DNA of 64,000 bases from an uncultured Thermoplasmata archaeon (GTDB lineage Archaea > Thermoplasmatota > Thermoplasmata > RBG-16-68-12), in NCBI GenBank assembly GCA_963768855.1, contig CAVYJM010000015.1:1-64000 (forward strand), written 5' to 3'. Under the pieces are notes generated by a model. It worked only from the letters and a program-made list of their open reading frames with translations, was not told the DNA's origin and made no database searches. Each line of letters opens with the position of its first letter. Within the stretch, counting starts at the first letter, position 1. Of this stretch, positions 58,701 to 64,000 are shown piece by piece. Both the position numbers and the translations under genes were made by a program.

Positions 58701-59368
58701 GGGTACGAATCGCCCGTGCCCGGCCAGATGTCCTTGGTCAGGTGCGTCCCCGCGGTCGTGCCGTCCGTGACCCAGAGCTCCAGTCCGTGCGTCGGATCAA
58801 TCCCGGCGAAGAAGATCTTCCCGTACGCGACGCACCAGGAGTCCGGGTTGCTGCCCGTGATGCCGGGGTAGATGTCCGCGACGAGGACGGTGCCCGCCGC
58901 GGTGCCGTCCGTCTTCCACCATTCCCACCCGTGGACGCCGTCGTTCGCCACGAAGAGGAGCTCGGTGCCCAGGACCGTGAGCCCGTTCGGACTCGAGCTC
59001 GCGAGGCCGGAGGCGATGTCCTTGACGAGGACCGTGCCCGCCTCCGTGCCGTCCGTCTTCCAGAGCTCGTTGCCATGGGCGTCGTACGCCGCGAAGTAGA
59101 GCGCGCCGTTGAACGCCGCGAAGTTCTGCGGGAAGGAGTCGCCGGGACCCGGGCCGATGTCGCGGAGGAGCCGCGGCACCGTGGACGCGGTCACGCCCGC
59201 GGCGGGGACCGGGACCGGATCGTCCATCGTGGCCGACGACGCGAGCGGGGCCCCCGCCGCGCGGGACGGCGGCAGGAAGGCCATGGAGGAGACCACGAGG
59301 AGGGCGGCGAGCCCGAGGATCCCGAGCCCCCGTGCGACCGAAGCGACGTTCCCCTGGCTGACCCGCAC
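55756..59368 (-). CDS. ELWxxDGT-repeat surface protein with two HYR domains and C-terminal TM (~1200 aa), split by one frameshift near 58583
   Basis: Signal peptide, about 18 ELWx(S/T)DGT repeats continuing across the frame change, two HYR domains (PASGSTFP.G.T.V.CTAVD), TM and RRKR. Start GTG 59368 or 59407. Confidence 0.85.
56450..59180 (-). repeat. Tandem coding repeats (~47-49 aa period) of ELWxxDGT type
   Basis: Recurrent gtgccgtcgct/ccagagctc-like strings on the + strand at roughly 140-150 nt spacing. Confidence 0.9.
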
Positions 59369-59735
59369 CCTCTCCGACTCGCCGATCCGGACCGACAATC
59401 CGTCCACCTTCTCGCTCCGCCGCGAAAGTCGGGGGACGCCGCAGACCGTGGCGGCAGCCTCCCGGGGTGGGCGGCGCCCCGAATCCAACCTCGGGGGCGA
59501 CCGCCCATCGGCGCGGCCACAGCGGCCGCGCAGATCCCCGGCGGGACCGCGCCGCATTCCGACGGCGCCCCTCGACGGAATGAATGGGGAACAAAATGCT
59601 TGGTTGTTGCCTATATACGAGGCCCCGGGAGACCGTGGAATCGGGAGGGGCCCGGGAGAAAGAGGCTCGCGGGAGTCTATGTACAAGGAAATGAAATAGC
59701 CCCTTTCCCGATGTTTCGCCTGGGTGAGGGATGGC

Positions 59736-60104
59736 ATGTTCTGCATGAAGTGCGGCGCGTCGCTGCCGGACAGTGCGCAGTTCTGTTATCATTGCGGAGC
59801 GTCGGTCGGTCCCGCGGCGACTCCAGGGCAGGCGCCCGCGGCCATGGGTGCGCCGCCGTACGCGCAGCCCGCGCCGGCCCGCCGACGCGTGTCGGGCTTG
59901 GAACTCGCCGGTGATCTGATCGCGCTCCTGGGCATGGTCATCCTGATCGTCGACTACTGGGCGGACTGGTGGGTGCTCCTCGTCATCGGCCTCTTCTTCC
60001 TCGTCGTCGGGCTCGTCCTGTACCTCTTCGCATGGTTGCACAAGCAGCGCGCGCAACCCGCGGGCCCGTATCCCACTCCCTACCAGCCTCCGCCCCAAGC
60101 CTGA
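59736..60104 (+). CDS. Zinc-ribbon (CxxC..CxxC) protein with two TM helices and Pro/Tyr/Gln-rich ends
   Basis: MFCMKCGASLPDSAQFCYHCG. Confidence 0.85.
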   Translation: MFCMKCGASLPDSAQFCYHCGASVGPAATPGQAPAAMGAPPYAQPAPARRRVSGLELAGDLIALLGMVILIVDYWADWWVLLVIGLFFLVVGLVLYLFAWLHKQRAQPAGPYPTPYQPPPQA

Positions 60105-60128
60105 GCCCGCGGACGGGGGGAGGTCTCC

Positions 60129-60692
60129 ATGTTCTGCATGCAGTGCGGTTCACCGGTCCCCGAGGGCGCGAGGTTCTGCGCGAATTGCGGTGGACCGGTG
60201 GGTTCGACGACACCGCGGGCCCTGGCGTCCGTCGCTCCCGTGTCCGCGACCGTCCCGTCCGGAGGGGAGCGCTACCTGGGTGGCTTCATGAGCCCCAACC
60301 TCCACCTCCGAGGGCGGGGGGTGAGCTCCATGGGCTACGGCGTCTACGTCACGGACCGCAGGATCTTCGGGGTCAACACGATCCGCGGCCTTTTCGCGGG
60401 GCTCGCCTTCGTGGGCGGCGTGGTCGGTGCCGCCTTTGCGGTGGCCGGCGCCGGGGACGACTCGGCCAAGGCCATCGCGGAGCTGGAGCAGAAGAAGGAC
60501 TTCGACGTCCGGAAGGAGGATGTCGGGGGCATCGAGGTGCGGCGGCCGCGCGGAATCCGGGTGGGATACCTGGACATCCGCCAGACCTCGGGACAGGTCA
60601 TCCGCGTCACGATCGCCGACAAACCGGAGTTCGAGCAACTCCGGGGCCTCATGCAGGCCTTCGCCGCCGACCGCACGACCGCGGACCCCTAG
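60129..60692 (+). CDS. Zinc-ribbon protein with C-terminal PH-like domain
   Basis: MFCMQCGSPVPEGARFCANCG, VYVTDRRIF and a Gly/Ala-rich hydrophobic insert. Confidence 0.8.
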   Translation: MFCMQCGSPVPEGARFCANCGGPVGSTTPRALASVAPVSATVPSGGERYLGGFMSPNLHLRGRGVSSMGYGVYVTDRRIFGVNTIRGLFAGLAFVGGVVGAAFAVAGAGDDSAKAIAELEQKKDFDVRKEDVGGIEVRRPRGIRVGYLDIRQTSGQVIRVTIADKPEFEQLRGLMQAFAADRTTADP

Positions 60693-60800
60693 CGCGCTGC
60701 GTCGTGCGGGGACCCTTTGCAGCGCCGCGCCGCAGCGGAGCCGTTCGGGCAGGAGAATCGGCTTAGGCGCCGATTCCGCGATCCGATCGAGCGTGGAGGC

Positions 60801-61115
60801 ATGCCGACCGGGACGTCGCCCGCGGAGAGCGTGGAGCTCGTCGCAGGCCGCCCTCCCTCGGAACGCGAGGCCGCGATCGGAAGGACGCGGATCGGAATCG
60901 AGATCCTCATCCTTGCCGTGCTCCTGCAGTGGGTCCCGCTCGTCGAGTACCTGGGGTACCTCGTTGGGGCCGTCGGCGTCATCCAAGTCTTCCGAGGCAT
61001 GCGCGTCTTCGGCCGGAGGCACGAACGAGGCGTCGAATCTTCCCTGGCGGTCTTCGCGTCCGCCGCGGGTCCGCTTACGCCGCGGGCGTCAGGACGAGCG
61101 GGTCGGAACCGATGA
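60801..61115 (+). pseudogene. Probably truncated membrane protein fragment
   Basis: GGAGG plus ATG and two TMs (IGIEILILAVLLQWVP..LVGAVGVIQVFRG). A third helix breaks off into low-complexity sequence just before the AT-rich TA promoter. Confidence 0.45.
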
Positions 61116-61145
61116 GGGGAATTCAGATTTGTCCACCAGGATGGA

Positions 61146-61164
61146 TTATAAGTATTTATACTTA
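61146..61164 (+). promoter_or_regulatory. TATA box overlapped by a perfect inverted repeat (operator candidate)
   Basis: TAAGTAT-tt-ATACTTA at 61149-61164 inside TTATAAGTATTTATACTT, 20-35 nt before ATG 61184. Confidence 0.65.
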
Positions 61165-61183
61165 ATTCGTCATCACTAGTATC

Positions 61184-61747
61184 ATGGAACCGGAGTCAAG
61201 CCTCGTTCGAACCGTGCAGGATCGGCGGCTGCCCCCTGCAATCCTGAGGCGCGAAGGGAGGACGAACCATCGGCCGCCGGCCCGATACCGCCTCACCGTA
61301 CGGGACGCGCACGACGCACGGGAGGCCCATGCGCTCGGGATCCCGGTCTTCGCGATCCCGGATTCCGCGATCACGATGATGGGCTATCCGATGCGCTCAC
61401 CGACCCTCCTCGTCCTGCCCCGCCGGCTACGGCGGGTGGTCGACACGTCTCTGCCCGTGGTGGAGTTCGTGTCCGAGGACGCGGTGATGCGACCTCGGCT
61501 CGAGGACATCCCGGTGGCGTTGCTCCGGTTCGACCTCCTCGCAGGCCGGGCGCTAATCGAGAGGAATCTCGACCTGCTCGACCGGCAGTACCTGCTCAAG
61601 CGAATCTACCAAGAGGACCTTGAGGAGGAAGCGACCCGGGTCCGCCTCCAGGACTTCCTCCCGCTCCCGCCGAGGGGTGAGCCCCTCCCGGAGCGCGCGC
61701 TGCGACGCGTGACGGCGGAGAACCGGCCCCGCGGGAGGATCCCGTGA
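61184..61747 (+). CDS. Hypothetical protein, putative AbiEi-like antitoxin
   Basis: First gene of an overlapped pair with the NTase. AITMMGYPM and PRLEDIPVALL...DRQYLLKRI loosely resemble AbiEi C-terminal domains. Confidence 0.5.
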   Translation: MEPESSLVRTVQDRRLPPAILRREGRTNHRPPARYRLTVRDAHDAREAHALGIPVFAIPDSAITMMGYPMRSPTLLVLPRRLRRVVDTSLPVVEFVSEDAVMRPRLEDIPVALLRFDLLAGRALIERNLDLLDRQYLLKRIYQEDLEEEATRVRLQDFLPLPPRGEPLPERALRRVTAENRPRGRIP

Positions 61748-62307
61748 TCCTCGACGACCTGCCCGCGGTCTGCCGCGAGCTGGACAAGGTTGGAATCGCG
61801 TACATCGTCGTGGGCGGCGCCTCCCTGGAGCGGACCTACCCGATCGGCACGGGCGACATCGATATCGCCGTCGCGCTCAAGGACTATCCCCGCGTCCTGG
61901 AGACGCTCCGAGCCCATCCACGCTTCCGAAACATCGAGGACGTCGGGACGATGGCCGGGTCGGAGTTCCGGCTCGGGACGCGCTGGGTGGACATAGAGTT
62001 CATCAACCCGAGGCTCTTCGCCGGGAAACGCCCCCCGGACGAGTTCATCGATTACGTGCGACGGCATCGCTCGGAGCGGACGGACATCGCGACGTTCGCG
62101 TCCCCCGAGATCGTCTGGTACATGCGTCTGGCGATCCCCGACTGGGAAGTCTACGTGCAGAAGATCCTGAGGGACGTCCGGGCGGGTGTGCCACCGGGCC
62201 TGCTAGACAAGGTCCTCGACGTCGCGAGACACTTCGGCAACCTCGAGACGCTCGCGCCGCGCGTGGCCGAGACGAGGAGGATGGCGGAGCTGGCGACGCG
62301 TCGGTGA
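61744..62307 (+). CDS. Nucleotidyltransferase, pol-beta superfamily (AbiEii/DUF6036-like), putative toxin
   Basis: YIVVGGAS, TGDIDIAV (DxD) and VDIEF (third carboxylate). GTGA overlap with the upstream gene. Confidence 0.8.
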   Translation: MILDDLPAVCRELDKVGIAYIVVGGASLERTYPIGTGDIDIAVALKDYPRVLETLRAHPRFRNIEDVGTMAGSEFRLGTRWVDIEFINPRLFAGKRPPDEFIDYVRRHRSERTDIATFASPEIVWYMRLAIPDWEVYVQKILRDVRAGVPPGLLDKVLDVARHFGNLETLAPRVAETRRMAELATRR

Positions 62308-62621
62308 CCGAGGGATCCGGTCCGTCCACGCCGCGAGCGAACGGGCCGAGGGAATCGGTCGTCGCCCGCCGCGACCGAACCTTTCAAATCCTCGACGCTC
62401 CCCTAGGACGGTTCGCCATGATTCCCACACCCCGCGGCCCGGGGGACCTCCCGGTGCCGCCGGAGGAGCCCGGGCCTGCGATCCGCCGAGGCGAGTCGGG
62501 CTCCCTGGTCCTCCAGGCCCTCGAGGAGATCGAGGAACTGAAGCGGTCTCTCGCCGAGCTCGTGAAGCGGCTCGAGGCGCTCGAGCACCGCGTCTCCGGC
62601 CTCGAAGCGCCGAAGGCGTAG
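62304..62621 (+). CDS. Small protein with C-terminal coiled coil; start 62304 (GTGA overlap) or 62418
   Basis: LQALEEIEELKRSLAELVKRLEALEHRVSGLE heptad repeat. Confidence 0.6.
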   Translation: MTEGSGPSTPRANGPRESVVARRDRTFQILDAPLGRFAMIPTPRGPGDLPVPPEEPGPAIRRGESGSLVLQALEEIEELKRSLAELVKRLEALEHRVSGLEAPKA

Positions 62622-62766
62622 GCGACACCGACCCGACCCACCGCGATGCACCCCGAGGCCAGGCCATCCCTTGGACGCCGAGGGAGAGCGCGTCCTCACG
62701 CCGGGCGAGGTTTGGCGCAACGCCGGCCGACCGTGCCGCAAATCCGACGATGGCGCCGCCGCTCCC

Positions 62767-63141
62767 CTACTCGATCTCGATGATGATCTTGCGTCCTGCC
62801 TTGGAGACGGAGACCTCCTCGTCCCCGCGCAGGCCGAGGGTGCGCTCGATATCCGCCGGAATCCGGAGCACGGTCCCCCGTCCGCTCCGAGAGAGCTTCC
62901 GGCGGAGCTTCAGCGGGCCACCCCAGATTCCGAGGCGACGCGCGACCTTGATGAGCCGCTGGCTCTCCTCCTCCGGGAGGAACTCCTCCCCGCAGACCGT
63001 GCAACGGCGCCCGCGCTCCACGAAGGTGTAGCCCTCGATCTCCGAGACGATATCGTCGACGGGCACCAGCTCCCCCCTGCCGCACACAGGGCAGCGGGTT
63101 CCGCCCTTATCCTTCCGCGCCGGTGATGACGAAGACCTCAT
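62767..63141 (-). CDS. Antitoxin-like protein: YgiT/MqsA-type zinc finger fused to AbrB/MazE/SpoVT DNA-binding domain
   Basis: CPVCG...CTVCGEEF, then RKLSRSGRGTVLRIPADI...LGLRGDEEVSV. Confidence 0.85.
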   Translation of the reverse strand: MRSSSSPARKDKGGTRCPVCGRGELVPVDDIVSEIEGYTFVERGRRCTVCGEEFLPEEESQRLIKVARRLGIWGGPLKLRRKLSRSGRGTVLRIPADIERTLGLRGDEEVSVSKAGRKIIIEIE

Positions 63142-63352
63142 TCGTATCCGCCTCGTAGACGAGGATGAGTTTCTTGTCCCCCTTCCTTCGGACGAAGATC
63201 TCCCATTTGCCCTTTCCGGATCGGGTGACCCGATAGGCCTCCCGGAGCGCCTCGCGCAGCTCGACGTGGTCCCAGTCCCATTTCCGCATCCAGGTGTTCC
63301 GGAAGTGCTTGCTCACGTCGATCTGGGCTTCGTCGACGTCGAAGGGGAGCAA
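63107..63352 (-). CDS. Putative toxin, DUF4258/RelE-like small RNase
   Basis: 81 aa: SKHF..WMRK...KKLILVYE..EVFVIT. Overlaps the antitoxin gene. Confidence 0.7.
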   Translation of the reverse strand: MLPFDVDEAQIDVSKHFRNTWMRKWDWDHVELREALREAYRVTRSGKGKWEIFVRRKGDKKLILVYEADTNEVFVITGAEG

Positions 63353-63655
63353 TCCGATTCACTTTATTTTGTAATGCTTTTCATCTACTTGAGTCTTCCC
63401 GTGGGGTGGATGAATCCCCGCAGGCGCCCGAGGAGCGCATGCTTCCGCAAGGGTGCCGGGCCCGGCGAGGGGGACGAGCGCCACCAAAACCAAGAGGACG
63501 ACGATCGCCTTCGGCGCGATGACCAGGCTCCCTCCGGTCATGGGGAAGAGAGAGTCACGGCAGAGGGAGAAACCTCCGTATGTTCTGCAAAGAAGGGAGC
63601 GGTGGGGGCTCCGAGCGAGCCCTGCCCAGGTGGGCACGCCGCGGGTTCGCCCGCC

Positions 63656-64000
63656 TCACGCTTCCCCGACGACAAGCTTCCGCGGCTGCGGGGCCGCGAG
63701 AGCCTCCTTCCCCGCAGGCGTGATCGTGAAGTGGGAGGTCACCGGGATGGACCGCGTGTCGACGAACGTCGCGGGTGTGTACTCGGCGGGCTGGATCAGT
63801 CCGAGCTCGACGAGCGTGTCGAGCTCCGCCATGACCGCCTTCGGGTCCGAGGACTTGAACGCCTCGATGATCTCTCCTTTCGAGCGGCCCGTGATCTCGC
63901 GGTGGGCGATCGCCGCCAGGATGCCGTAGCGCAGGGACTCCCGCGACGCAGCCTGTTTCTGGCCGTCCAAGATCCCCTCGACGGACCGGAGGATGATCGC
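63656..64000 (-). CDS. Winged-helix-like hypothetical protein, 5' end beyond the window
   Basis: The frame is open to base 64000. ELDTLVELGLIQ...FTITPAGKEAL wing motif. Confidence 0.6.
   Translation of the reverse strand, partial: AIILRSVEGILDGQKQAASRESLRYGILAAIAHREITGRSKGEIIEAFKSSDPKAVMAELDTLVELGLIQPAEYTPATFVDTRSIPVTSHFTITPAGKEALAAPQPRKLVVGEA

Noticed and set aside
56450-59180. Regularly spaced DNA repeats resembling a CRISPR array
   Set aside because: The period is about 140-150 nt, the repeats are degenerate at third codon positions and they encode ELWxxDGT protein repeats. No cas genes are present.
57257-59746. 829 aa ORF as an independent gene
   Set aside because: Only about 59368-58585 is protein-like. 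The tail is an off-frame shadow of the continuing repeat gene, and the head is intergenic.
63359-63637. 92 aa ORF with one hydrophobic stretch
   Set aside because: It is short, has no motif, and its 3' end runs into the AT-rich TA promoter. It could be a remnant but cannot be supported.
1-64000. tRNA, rRNA, SRP or RNase P RNA, integrase or transposase
   Set aside because: I found no T-loop/acceptor-stem patterns, rRNA signatures, DDE or tyrosine-recombinase motifs, or terminal inverted repeats by eye. A tRNAscan or Infernal run would be needed to exclude them fully.

Overview
High-GC, gene-dense archaeal DNA. The lineage is probably Thermoplasmatota; this is inferred from archaeal-type TATA boxes, DUF1616, a COG3398-type double wHTH, DPM1/AglJ-like GT2s and a zinc-finger/AbrB antitoxin fusion. 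About 52 real CDS can be separated from the many shadow ORFs. I saw no rRNA, tRNA, CRISPR array, integrase or transposase. The window has four parts. (1) 0.2-15.9 kb: a processive GT2 synthase, an ABC exporter, and a lipid-linked-sugar/GT-C-type glycosylation block with a GDP-mannose 3,5-epimerase-like enzyme and an NDP-sugar C-methyltransferase. (2) 16-25 kb: small membrane and regulatory genes, including a collagen-like protein, a DsbA-wHTH fusion, an orphan Roadblock/LC7 and a CPBP protease lacking its histidines. (3) 25.4-53.8 kb: a ~28 kb Wzm/Wzt surface-polysaccharide locus. It encodes 8 GT4s, a cobalamin-binding radical SAM enzyme with an apparent CTG start, two tandem HPr-kinase-like P-loop proteins, a deacetylase-like protein, a stand-alone GINT1-N-like propeller, DUF1616 and two membrane-tethered glycan-active enzymes that share a stalk. 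This is the best candidate for an undescribed system. (4) 54-64 kb: an accessory zone with a frameshifted ~1200 aa ELWxxDGT/HYR surface protein, a RelE relic, zinc-ribbon proteins and two toxin-antitoxin-like modules, one with a palindromic operator over its TATA box. All family calls come from motif recognition by eye; no database searches were run.
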